DNA from: Octopus vulgaris
Taxonomy: Eukaryota
Assembly: GCA_951406725.2 (NCBI GenBank)
Contig: OX597814.1
Span: 179,118,001 to 179,182,000, forward strand
Direction: 5' to 3'
Length of the DNA: 64,000 bases
Part shown: in pieces, positions 51,600-64,000 of the stretch
How positions within the stretch are numbered: position 1 is the stretch's first letter
Layout: every line of letters begins with the position of its first letter
Notes under the pieces: model-generated
What the model saw: the letters and a program-made list of their open reading frames with translations, nothing else
Databases searched by the model: none
Told to the model about the DNA's origin: nothing
Made by a program: the position numbers and the translations under genes

Positions 51600-52382
51600 T
51601 AAATATATACACACACGTACGTCTGAATATACATGTATATATACATATGTATATTTATTGCCATGTAAATATCATTATTTGTTTGTGACTGAGTTGTGGT
51701 GCATCACTTCCATATTAATTCCGAAATTGGATGAAGAAATATATCAATTGCTATTGTATTTGGTGCTAAAACAATTAAATACTACGATCAGCTAAGGTTT
51801 TATATTGCATTAAACGTATACACAAGCACTTGCCATGTTATCTTTACTGCAGGGAAATTTCTGTTCGCTTTAATAGTGACCATAAAATACTATAGAAAGG
51901 CTACCCCTAATTTGGAAAGCTTGACAGCAGACAATTCTTTGAACATACTCCTATATTTCTCTCATAAATGTTTTTACAAAGTGGAATTGCAAGCGGAACT
52001 CCTTATATTCAGGTTTGTAAAGATGAATCCCGGTGGGATATAATTGAATTTATGTGATATCCGGGTGTTTGGCAATTAAGTATTGGTTCAGAACAGTTAG
52101 TTTATGTTAATGGATTCGATTTGTTTATTTAGTAGAATATTGTGTAACTTCCAATACAGAACAGACCCTGATGTAAGCAAATACTTTACATGTATGCGCC
52201 GATGTTTCCAGTTACCACGTTATTAATCTTCACAGCACTTACAGGGATGTTTAGCTTTTACACACACACACACCCACACTCACACACACACACACCACAC
52301 ACACACAAACATATACACACACACCTTTATATGCCGGCATATGTTTATGTTTATATGCATTTGTGTGCATGTATTCATTCAC

Positions 52383-52415
<33 letters not shown>

Positions 52416-52477
52416 CATATATATATATGTATATATATCTGTGCATCTGTGCATATCTGTACATATCTATATGTATA

Positions 52478-52526
<49 letters not shown>

Positions 52527-52600
52527 CATATATGCCTCTGTAAGAAAGCACATACATACATATATGTATATATGTAAGCATACAAATATGTATGAGTGTG

Positions 52601-52656
<56 letters not shown>

Positions 52657-53115
52657 TATATCTGTGTGTGTGTGTGTATGTTTTTGTGTGGGGGTTTCTG
52701 TCAGTGAGCATACGCAACCTCACATGTCTTTATTTGTGTAATGAATATATATCTCCGTGTGTGTATGTGTGTAAGCATGTATGTATTTAGAGAGGCGAAA
52801 ACTTTTATGTTTTAATCATTTGAAGTGCAAAGTCACGAATAATGTCTCAGAGCGCTGGCCTCTGGACAATTCCACTGTTAAAGCAACAGCAACATTCCTT
52901 TCACTTTACAATAATTCTATACATGATATCAGGTAATATGTCCACAGGCGAACAAGCGAATAGAGACATTTGCACTGTATTTTATAACTGTTAAATGAAT
53001 GATATTCCAGGTCGACAAAACCCAATAGCTGACTATTAGAATACTTTGCCTTTTTCCGGAATTCTTCATTTATTATTTACTGTAGTTCTTCATTGTTAGA
53101 ACATATATATAAATA

Positions 53116-53187
<72 letters not shown>

Positions 53188-53291
53188 TGTATGTATGTAC
53201 ACATGCAAGCTTGCATGTATGTATCCAAAACATTTAGTTGATAAAACATGGTGCTGTATTTAAATACTGTAATCACATACACAGACGTGTT

Positions 53292-53348
<57 letters not shown>

Positions 53349-53574
53349 CGTGCCATGGATGTGTGATAAAAACTTTGCTTCCCAACCACACGGTTATGTA
53401 TTCAGGCCTACTGCATGTTACGTCAGGCAGGTGCGTTCTACTATAGTCACGGGCCAACCAAGACCTTATGAGTAGTTCTTGTAGACGAAAACTGAAAGAA
53501 TTCTATTGTCTGTGTGTGTGTCTGTGTGCTTTGCGGCTGTGTGTTTTGTGCCATCTTTAGATGACCTTATTGAT

Positions 53575-54190
53575 TCACTATGTGGGTTCATTCATTCTCA
53601 TCATGTTCACAACAGCCTTCCATCTTTTCCTATATATATTAGGCAAAAGGCATTTTCTCTCCAGCCTTATTTTCCTATTAAGGTAGAAAATAAAGAAGCT
53701 TACGAGCACAAGACTGGACATGAACATGCCTGTCATGGTTCCTTTTATGTGAAACTTCCTTACAACCTCTTTTGCTATAGCAACCACAGCGGGAAAACAA
53801 GCCTTATCTTCTTTGTTAAAAGAGGAAGGAGGAACAATCTTTAAAATTGACTTTGAAGACAGTTGTACTATTGCCAGCTGTGACAGCCGCTGTTCAATGT
53901 AAACCCACATTTCTGTGATGTTAGGACACTGCACAATCACGTGCAGAGCGGTTTCTCTGTTCTGCTCATATCTTGGGCACATGGCTGAACAAGAAGCACT
54001 ATGCTTTACGAGTTTGTCGCGAACTGGTAAGGATCCTCGGTAATATAGCCAAGCCAGTTCTGGATAGTTTAGAACCAAATGAAGGCAAGGTTTCCAATGT
54101 CGGGAAGATGCTGATTCCAAAAATGTATAATACGTCTATGTAGAACAAATGTAGACAGGGATTCAGGGGTCCCGGTCGGACGGGCAGGCA
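53575..54190 (-). pseudogene. Tx1/L1-like LINE ORF2 C-terminal (zinc-binding) fragment
   Basis: LAWLYYRGSLPVRDKL..CPRYEQNRETALHVIVQCP..MW resembles the zf-RVT region. Confidence 0.7.
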
Positions 54191-54250
54191 GAGTTTCATA
54201 TTTATAATAATAATATTACTATCAATAATGATAACAACAACAACAACGAC

Positions 54251-54285
<35 letters not shown>

Positions 54286-54460
54286 GCTGTGAAAACCACA
54301 TCCATTGATAAATTTATTTATTTATTAATTTTTAAATACATATTTTATCTGTGAATTTGCGCGTGTAATCTGAGAATGCATACAATGAGCTTCTCTGCCC
54401 TAGGTGTATGGAAAACACTCGGCGAGAAACGGAAGAACATTTGAAGAAAGAAGGAAAATG

Positions 54461-54560
<100 letters not shown>

Positions 54561-54697
54561 GTAATGATAACGCAGTAGCACCCTCTGGAATAAGATGAGC
54601 TGTGTTCTTTATTTTCTTGTCTTTATTTTTCTATCTACAGGTTTATTCTTTTATAGACTGTGAATTCTCCGTCTGAAAGTTTCCTACATACACACCT

Positions 54698-54775
54698 TGT
54701 CTCTGATGAGGAAATACTCAGAGTATACGGATGCTGACCCATCACCTGGGATATCCTAGAACGAGGTGTAAGACA
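54698..54775 (+). ncRNA. Type I hammerhead remnant within a Penelope-pLTR-like segment (about 54570-55010)
   Basis: UGUCU-CUGAUGA-ggaaauacucag...cugggauaucc-uagaa-cgaggug-UA-AGACA. Perfect 5-bp stem I; GAAA damaged. A partial CUGAUGA plus stem lies on the minus strand at about 54935-55000. Confidence 0.6.
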
Positions 54776-55021
54776 TTAATTACTTCTAAATCACCTTACT
54801 CTAATTAAATACTCTAAATAAACTGAGATTACTAGCCCTGCCTTGGTTTTGTTGTCCTTTTTCTTCTAATATACAGCTACTATCTTCGAAGCCTACTACG
54901 GATCCCTAGCTCCAGCCTCAGCTGTAAACTTAGAACCTAACGGATGACCAATAATAACACTTACACAGCGTACCTATCCGTTTAGATCATCAGTGAACTA
55001 AACTCCTCCTATTCTTTATAT

Positions 55022-55127
<106 letters not shown>

Positions 55128-55157
55128 GGAAAAAAGCAACAAGAATGGATTAAAATA

Positions 55158-55234
55158 TCGGTACAATTGTTTCGTACGAGGACATCTTTAATAAGCTACA
55201 AAAATGCAGTAAATGTAGATGGCGCGTACTTAAA

Positions 55235-55236
<2 letters not shown>
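55158..55236 (-). ncRNA. Hammerhead remnant with 3' half intact and 5' core eroded
   Basis: Minus strand: gguuuaa-GUACG...CGUAC-GAAA-caauug-UA-CCG. Confidence 0.4.
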
Positions 55237-55322
<86 letters not shown>

Positions 55323-56143
55323 ATCACATTATATTATATACATCTGATGAAAACCGCGTTTTCTATGATGTAATGTACACATTTATCTGTTTAAAAATGC
55401 GTTAGAAACACCTGTAGTGAACTGACATTTATCCATCGTTTGTTCTTTATTTATTTGCTGTATATATAAAACACAATAACACAGAGAATGAATATACATT
55501 ATCAATGATTTTACAAGCTGACATGTGTTTCACATTCAGTGTCGTAATGCAACTGCTGCATATTTAATCGATCCTATATTTAATCGAGAAAAATATCAAG
55601 GGAGAAGAGAGGAATTAACTGTCATTATATTGTTATCGAAGCGAAAATGCCTCTTCATTTTTGTTGACCAAATCAAGGATCGATTAAATATGCGTTTTGC
55701 AACAAGCATCGATTGCATTGTTCCACTCTAAATGAAACAGTTGTAAGCTAATTAAATCCTTGATAGTGCATCTTCTTTGTTCATATTCTGTTTTTTTTTT
55801 TAATATACTTTTTGATTAATGCACTATATTTAATTAGTTTTCGAGCGTCGGATTTACAAAATGTATGTGTCGCAGGAAATTAATAACGTAATAACGAACC
55901 ATATGGAAGCTGTGGTCTTGACCGGGCAATTTTGTTAGCCAGGTTCTATACCTATACGTTGTTTGAAGAAGTATTCGTCCAAATATACTTAATCCTAATT
56001 ATCCGTCATCATGTGTATATATTATATATTATATATAAATACATATATACATTTAAGTATGTATGAGTGTTTATGTATGTATATATATATGTGTGCGTGT
56101 GTGTGCGTGTGCGCGTGCGTGTGTGTGTGTGTGTGTGTGTGTG

Positions 56144-57150
56144 TACAGTGTGAGGAAGCAAAACTTGGAATATAATAGATAATTCACTAAATTGTTTATT
56201 TTACAACCAGCAACCTGAGATATATAAATATATAATTTTACCACAAGTTTATAGATATATCTTATTCAATATGTCTGCCTTCATTGTCCATCACAGCCTT
56301 CACACGCCGCCTGAAGGCGCCATAACTCTTCATGATGACGTACTCAGACATGTTTTCCCACACTTCCCTTAGGTCTTTCTTGAGGTGATCAACATTTGGA
56401 TATGAAGTTCTGTTTGTAGATTGTTCAAATTCGCCCCAAACGGTATAGTCTAGGAGGGTCAAGTTTGGGCTGGAAGAAGGCCAGACTTTGGCCAGTCAAA
56501 AGACAGCAAAGTAGTCTTCCCAGAATTTTCTGCACTCTCTTCGTTGTATAAGTAGGTGCATCATCTTGGGTCCACAAATAATCAGCGTTGAAGTAGTTAG
56601 ACTTCAGCCAAGGCAAAACTTCACACCGTGGGACTTTATAATAAACTTGAACCTCCACCTCTTCTCCAGACTTGAAATAAATGGAGTGACATCTTTTTTC
56701 CATCAGGTGCCACGACTCCAAGTATCATGATTTGAGATGGATGCTTGGTCCTAAAGACACTCTTTACTTCAGAAGATGACTTGGCAATGTATCAACCATT
56801 GCGACAGTAAAGATTTCTTCATCAGCGGTAAAGATTTTTTTCATCTGAAAAGATTTCGATGGGTTTTCCCTTGTGCTTCAGGTATCGCAACACTTTTGTA
56901 GCCCTTTCATGACTTCTGGCTTTCATTGCATGGGTCAGTACATGTGTCAGTATCCTCACGTATGACTCCAAATGTAAATCAATGTGTACAGTAGTTCTGA
57001 TGGTCTTTGGATCAGCTTTCATGCTCATGGACAGTTTTTTTAAATGCTTTTCGAAACTTTGCTGTGGTGAGATTATTCTGCTTTTTTTATCCCAATTCTT
57101 TGCTTTCTATTGATACCTCTCATGTCCCGTATTCAGTTCTTAACGTTGTA
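56144..57150 (-). pseudogene. Decayed DD37D/maT-like mariner element
   Basis: IFSDEK; TKHPSQIMILGVVAPDG; WTQDDAPTYT; SPNLTLLDYTVWG; RRVKAVMDNEGRHIE*. Terminal TA-cagtgtgagg at 56144. Confidence 0.85.
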
Positions 57151-57161
57151 GACACATGCAC

Positions 57162-57225
<64 letters not shown>

Positions 57226-57393
57226 GTGTGTGTGTGTGTGTGTGACGGACTTCTTGTTTCCGTCTACCAAATCCACTCAACAGTCCTTGGTCGGCCCAGG
57301 CTATAGTAGAAAACAATTGCTCAAGGTGTACCGCAATGAGACTAAACGCGGAACCATGTGGTTAGGCAGCAAGCATCTTACTACACAGCCACA

Positions 57394-57439
<46 letters not shown>

Positions 57440-57628
57440 CATTATATCAATAGAACATATCAAGCGATTAGGTTTATCTTCTGGCGTCCTGTTCTAGGAC
57501 AGATACATCTTTCTACACTAGGAACAAATTTGCAACCTAGATTACTTATAATAATATCCAATCCAAGATTCTACACGTATCGAATGATAATATAAGTAAT
57601 GAAAAGTAGCGACACTGTCTATCGTTTA

Positions 57629-57705
<77 letters not shown>

Positions 57706-57707
<2 letters not shown>

Positions 57708-58370
57708 TCATATATGGGTAGAGGACATAAAAAAACGTTGAACACAATCAGAAGCGAAAACAAAAACAAAAACATAGACACAAACTTTTTTTCAAACAAG
57801 GAAAAAAACAGAAACAAGGCATACAACACAAGGAATATTCCCCTTCTTCAGTTGTCCCTGTTTTATGTTCTTCGCGTTCGAAGGTAAGGACTAGACGCGA
57901 CTTCTGTGAAACAGTCCTTCCCGCAAAGTAAATTAACTAAAATTTGGGGGTTTTGCGGAGGGTGAAAAGGGGCAGCAAGAACAGGACAATAAGAACAAAA
58001 CAGTAAAAACAAAAATAAGTAAAACCAGTAAAAACAAAAATAAGTAAAACCAGTAAAAGATACAACAATGAAAACAAAACTGAAAAAACAAACGATGAAG
58101 CAGTTAAGTCAAGATGATGGAAAAATGATTCTGAACGTTTAAGGAGACAGCTTATGAAAGAGACAGGATAAGCTGATCAGGTCTTGGTGAACATAGCAGT
58201 CGGAAAGATGTCTTCCCTCTGATCACGTATCAGCGACGCGAGAGTCGAGGAGAAGTAAGAGAAAGGGAACGCTCAAGGGGAGAGGAGAAATATAGGGAAG
58301 GGTGGGAGAGAAAACTAGAAAAGATGAAGAACAAGAGAGGAAGAGAGATAGACAGAGAAGAAATAGTAAA
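57706..58370 (-). mobile_element. Unclassified repeat with pyrimidine-rich 5' part, structured 3' part and a 25-bp minisatellite (58001-58058)
   Basis: Flanked by microsatellites; minus-strand hairpin gggaaggact/agtccttacc; motif similarity to 24027-24120. Confidence 0.5.
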
Positions 58371-60257
58371 ATATATGTGTGTATGTATGTATTCCAAGGA
58401 CAAATCTAATATGCAGTTAAATAAAAATCTTCCGATTGATATATTTAGATATGTATGTCACATCCCATTCCGAGGGAGAGTATTAATACATTTCGCTCAT
58501 AATTATATCTGTTAAAATGTACTGAATATGCTATTATTTGTAAATGTAACTCGCATGACTAGAATTACAAATAAATTTACCATTATTGTAAATATTCTAC
58601 TTAATATCTTCCAAACGATTTTACAATGTCCAAAATAAAATTGATTTCTTGTACGAAGCTATCATTTGTTTTCTTATTATATTGTGCAATTAAATAGTCT
58701 CCTTCTCGAAAACAGTAACAGTTTATACCTCCATACTTTTATTTCTATGATTATTCTCAATTCGAAAGCTGCCAAAATGTTGTTAATGTATGTACGCATG
58801 TGTATTTGAAGGTCGTATTGGCAGATTTTCAAAAACGATATTGCCAATATAATTATTTATAAGAAAATTAATTACCCAAAACTTTTGAGATCTGAAGAAA
58901 ACAAAAATATTACCAAATAGCTAGGAAACTTAACATTCGGTTTGTAAAATTCTTCGTTAAATTTCTCATATATTCAAACAAAATATTCAACATCTTACTC
59001 AAATGACACTGACTGCTGCCAATTTCTTATGCCAACCATCCATTCATGTAGCGTTTAACAAATTACAGAATGGCATAAAATCTTTGGATTTGAGCCTAAC
59101 AGTATTTCTGAAGAGGATTAACAGGATGTTGTAAAGAATTTTCATCTCTTGAGTTATAAGTATTATTGATTTATGATTTTATCTTCTTTTACTGACTATG
59201 GAGTCAACGTTTCAAAGATCCCTTTATGCTTTTTTTTTTATCTTTTCTACTTTAATGCTTTCCACTTATTTACAGCTGCAAGTCATGACTTTCCAGTGAC
59301 CCAATTCTAGTTACTTCCTTGACAATATTGAACCGGTATTTCGCGCAGTTTTAGAACGTTTGAGTGAAACAGATAGTATCACCCACTGCCACATTGTTTA
59401 ATAATTATTTATACGTTAAACAGTCGTATTTTTCTAAATTTAGACTCCGCTTATATTCCTTGCTATCATTGTGTAGTAATGTATTCGATCTGTCATTTTT
59501 ATAATGCTTCTGAGTGAATGCATGTAAATTTTATTCCAAGTTAATATATGTATGTCCAGATGGATGGACGGATGGATGAATGGATATGTAGTGCAGTTAT
59601 GTGCAACGAGTATGCGGTGGTTTTATCATAGTTTTATCGAATTCATAAATTTTCACAAAATACTTCAACCATTTACTCAAAAATTTACCAATTTAATAGT
59701 CGATAATACTTTATTGATTTTATTGAGATTGCGTTAACCAATACTGGGTTGTGAAATTAAAATTTGCGAAATAATTTCGTTAAAGTACTTTCAGTCTAAA
59801 TGCTATTGAAAAACAATTTAATTGTAGTTATTTTCCCTTCAGCATTCTTCCGTTGTCTTATAAAAAGTTTGTATCAAACTACAATGGAGATGCCTGAACT
59901 ATCGAATATCTATCATTTCCCGGCGTTATTTAACCGATACTGGATATATTACAGCATAGTATATAGTTTGGGAAACAATATGAGCCAGACATTTTAAATT
60001 GCACATACTTAAATAAAGCTTGTAAAAGTCATTATGTATTATATTCTGTTGTGTGCTATAACCTACTAAGTACAGATAATAGATCCCAGCCACGTATATC
60101 TATATTTTTTGCTAGATTGTGTTTATTCACCACCAAAAGCTATGGTACAGTGCGATGTAGGTTATGAATTTAATGCATTCGATATCTGATGTTTCGGTGG
60201 TCCAAAATATTGCCCCTTGACTATGCGATAGATCGGCATATTGTAATTATGTACATA

Positions 60258-60491
60258 CCTATTTTTTTACTACCCACAAGGGGCTATACACAGAGAGGAC
60301 ACACAAGGACAGACAAATGGATTAAGTCGATTATATCGACCGCAGTACGTAACTGATACTTATTTAATCGACCCCGAAAGGATGAAAGGCAAAAGTCGAC
60401 CTCAGTTGAACTCAGAACGTAGCGGCAGACGAAATACGGCTACGCATTTCGCCCGGCGTGCTAACGTTTCTGCCTGCTCGTTGCCTTGTAT
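60258..60491 (-). mobile_element. SINE family B monomer with TSD
   Basis: Reverse complement of 62661-62893; TTATGTACATA at 60247-60257 and 60492-60502. Confidence 0.85.
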
Positions 60492-61091
60492 TTATGTACA
60501 TATCGTCGGTCAATGGCTTTTGGAACTATATGTGGTATTAGTCTTCTAAGTGGACGTATTTTATGTAAATAGAATATTAAACCACTCGTAAATGGTCTCT
60601 CTTTAACATAGAGCTCTCGTTAGATACGTCAATGTCATTTAGTGTAATGGATACTGCTTAACTACGTTTCTTAAAACGGCCGAAAAATGATACACGCTAC
60701 ACTCACAGAGCGTTTATATTATACTAAAGGGAAAATCTTATTTACGATTCTGAAATTCCATATGAAATCAAGGAAATGGAAATGGTAATGCGAACAATAC
60801 TGTGCGAATAGGAATTCATAAAATTTGATTAATTAATGTAAAACTATGACTGTAATTTAAGCATGCATCACCGATATTACTGAATTTCCGCATAAATTAG
60901 AAAACAATTTGCAAGTAACAACGAAATGCCATTAAAATACAACATGCTATCTTGCAGATATCCCCCTATTACTTACAATCTTGTTGTAGTAATGCTTAAG
61001 GTGCATTAGCAATAATTACTATATTCAATACTTTAGGTTCTTTTCAAAAATATTAATAAAAAATAGTTATTGTAATACTGCTAAAGCGCAC

Positions 61092-61124
61092 GATGATGGC
61101 GACGACTACGACGACGACGACAAC

Positions 61125-61180
<56 letters not shown>

Positions 61181-61335
61181 CGATGATGATGATGATGCGA
61201 ACGACCAAGACGATGATAAACAAAATGCTGATGATTAACTTGATGACGACGTTGACGATGTTGACGATGATCACGATGATAACAGAGTTGGTAGTGCTAG
61301 ATACGTGGATGTTGAAGGCAATGCTGATGGAGATC
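61092..61335 (+). repeat. (GAT/GAC)n microsatellite with progressively degenerate 3' part
   Basis: Direct reading. Confidence 0.9.
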
Positions 61336-61513
61336 TTCTTGGTCATTTCATATCAGATCTAAATGGAAATAAACTGATTTAGAAACACTTTATAAAACAA
61401 TAATTAGTATAATTCTAGAACATGTACTTTCAAATCATAATCAATTTATCAAACAAAAAATAATTTTAATAATCGACGTTTCAAATTCATAGTTTTATAC
61501 ACACACACACACG

Positions 61514-61614
<101 letters not shown>

Positions 61615-61714
61615 ATGTATGGATATAATTTGATACTATGTCGTATTACATATACATGCACATATATATGCATGCATATATTGATATTTAGTGGGCGCAT
61701 GTGCGTGCTTGGAA

Positions 61715-61769
<55 letters not shown>

Positions 61770-61945
61770 TACACATATATATATGTATGCATATATATAT
61801 ATATGTGTGTGTGTGTGTAGGTGTATATACATGTATGTGTGGGTGTTCGTGCGTATGTTCAATACAAATTAAAGAGTTCAAATATCAAACGTTCTTTAAT
61901 AACAGGACATTCATATGAACGTCTTTTGTTAATTAGCATTATATT

Positions 61946-62004
<59 letters not shown>

Positions 62005-62660
62005 ATGTAAAAGCTAAATGCCCAATGAATAACTTACGAGTTATTCGTACATGCATGAACCCTAGCTATTTAGAACTCAATTCCGATCAAGTATAGGGAG
62101 CTTTATTTGAATTATTTCCTAGGTATCTCATTCTAATTACTTCAGTGCGCGTAATTCTGAGAAATCCTTGACAGGATTATTTACAAATGTTAACTGCATT
62201 TCCATAGAAAGCAACGACCATAAGATTTAATTGGCTCTAACGATGATGCCGAAATTTCATACGTTACCATAGTGAGCCTCATTTGTTGACGTTCCTCTAG
62301 CACGTGTTATTAATATAGTGGATACATAATACCTGCTATTTGCATCATACAATGATGTTTTCCACATAAATTTCAATGAAACTACTCTCAGCAGAGAAGC
62401 GAATGTTGAAAGTAGGTTAAGTGTCTTTTATCACTGAATATTTGTCGTTTAGGACTCGTAATATTGCGTTTACTTGAATTAAACTTTCCCTATCGTGTTG
62501 TTATTGTTATTAATGTATTGATGTTGTTTATGTTAAAATCCTGGAGAGCAGAGTTTAAGCTGACCTTTAATCAAAGGCATTACATCCTTTCTTTTTAGAA
62601 TAATCTAAAACTACACTAACCGATCGCGTCCTTATTTAACGTGGTGGTATGTGATCTGTG

Positions 62661-62893
62661 AAGGCGGCGATCAGGCAGAATCGTTAGCACCCCGGACGAA
62701 ATGCTTAGCGGTATTTCGTCTGTCTTTACGTTCTGAGTTCAAATTCCGCCGAGGACGACTTTGCCTTTCATTCTTTCGGGGTCGATAAATTAAGAACCTG
62801 TTACGCACTGGGCTCGATGTAATCGACTTAATCCGTTTGTCTGTCCTTGTTTGTCCCCTCTGTATTTAGCCCCTTGTGGGTAGTAAAGAAATA
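62661..62893 (+). mobile_element. SINE family B monomer with 15-bp TSD
   Basis: ggcggcgatcaggcagaatcgttagc...GAGTTCAAATTCC (B box); central gcctttcattctttcggggtcgataaa; GGTATGTGATCTGTG at 62646-62660 and 62894-62908. Confidence 0.9.
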
Positions 62894-64000
62894 GGTATGT
62901 GATCTGTGGTGATGGGTATTTAGATGCTTTTCGATCAGATCATTCGACTATGTATAAGTTCTATTTCCTGTTCGGTATTCATTCATCGATAATTCGAGCT
63001 GCAGCGTTTGGTGGAAAATAATATTAGTCTCAAAATATCAAAATGTTTTTATTGATATTCTATTAACACACTGTATGTTTAAAGTTTGTTAACTTCTTTA
63101 TCAACTACTTTATTTTATTAAATTTGCCATAAAGGCAGTACATAGAGTAAGGAAGCTTGCAGGCTGGACACAGACATTAATAAGATGAATGATAATGATA
63201 CCAGGATGATAAGGATGGGAGAAGGCGAAAAGCGCCCACCGACTTTTGCTTCTCTTTATCAACTACTTGATGACAGAATATTTCTTAGGTGGCTAAATTC
63301 AATGGTCGGCATATGAATTATTCTAATGTGCTCATGTGGATATTTAACAAAATAGTGATACATGCTATTTGCTTCATAGAATGAAGATAAAAAATATATT
63401 TCTTCGTTCAATAAAAATCTATACGCATGCGCCTACAAAAGGCATACGTCTAGGTCACTTACCTTGGTAGTAATTTAGCTAGAATGCACTGTGTTTGTTA
63501 TATTACAGCAGCACAAGAATTTAAACTTGATTATCGAAAATGAAAAAAAAAATAGAAAATTCACGAAAATTTCATATTTGCAAATTAATCATTTAAATTT
63601 AAAATATTCATTTTCTTTATTAATGATGAAAATTAATTAATAATAACTGTCTCAGGAATTAGTGAGTAATTTATTAAACCAATGAAATCTAAAATTAAAT
63701 ATTAGAATTAATGTGGAAAAGACAACTCGAGAGCAATAAAAAGTAATTCATGAAAAATATAATTCAATAACTGTACAAGTAGACAAAATAAATTATCCCT
63801 CAATATTTTCATATGATCTCTCTCTCTCGCTGTTATACCTGTCCACTTGTTAAGGCTATACACTTACAGTCAAAAAGAGATATTATGGAGACAATTGGGG
63901 AGTGAGTTGAGATTATGAGTTTGAAAACTGATCCGTATAAATCACTTAGAATATACAACCTGATACTTAAATTTATACTAAAACTAGCAGTATTAGTCTG

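Noticed and set aside
61092-61362. Asp-rich or Met/Thr-rich reading frames as a possible acidic protein exon
   Set aside because: Degenerate (GAT)n; the Asp frame has an in-frame TAA near 61236 and no convincing splice sites.

Overview
AT-rich, microsatellite-saturated eukaryotic non-genic DNA. The repeat families resemble those I recall from Octopus, but that assignment is an inference. I found no credible host protein-coding exon, rRNA, canonical tRNA gene or CRISPR array. The window is a mosaic of mobile elements: one uninterrupted 926-codon CR1/L2-type LINE ORF2 (APE endonuclease + RT, minus strand, 25317-28097); decayed Tc1/mariner, Gypsy, R4/Dong-like and Tx1/L1-like remnants; two non-autonomous Helitrons; many tRNA-derived SINEs, some with clean TSDs; and a near-perfect ~3.15-kb tandem duplication (about 8800-15140). 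The most interesting signal is a set of small non-coding elements carrying type I hammerhead ribozyme (HHR) motifs, roughly a dozen motifs from several unrelated families, read by eye. One family joins a Pol III tRNA-like head to an (AAT)n linker and a minimal hammerhead (29405-29920, 8946-9692, 12112-12850). Another is a 457-bp unit with terminal direct repeats and a near-intact hammerhead (5383-5964). Both look like Penelope-dependent or retrozyme-like systems. No folding or database search was run.
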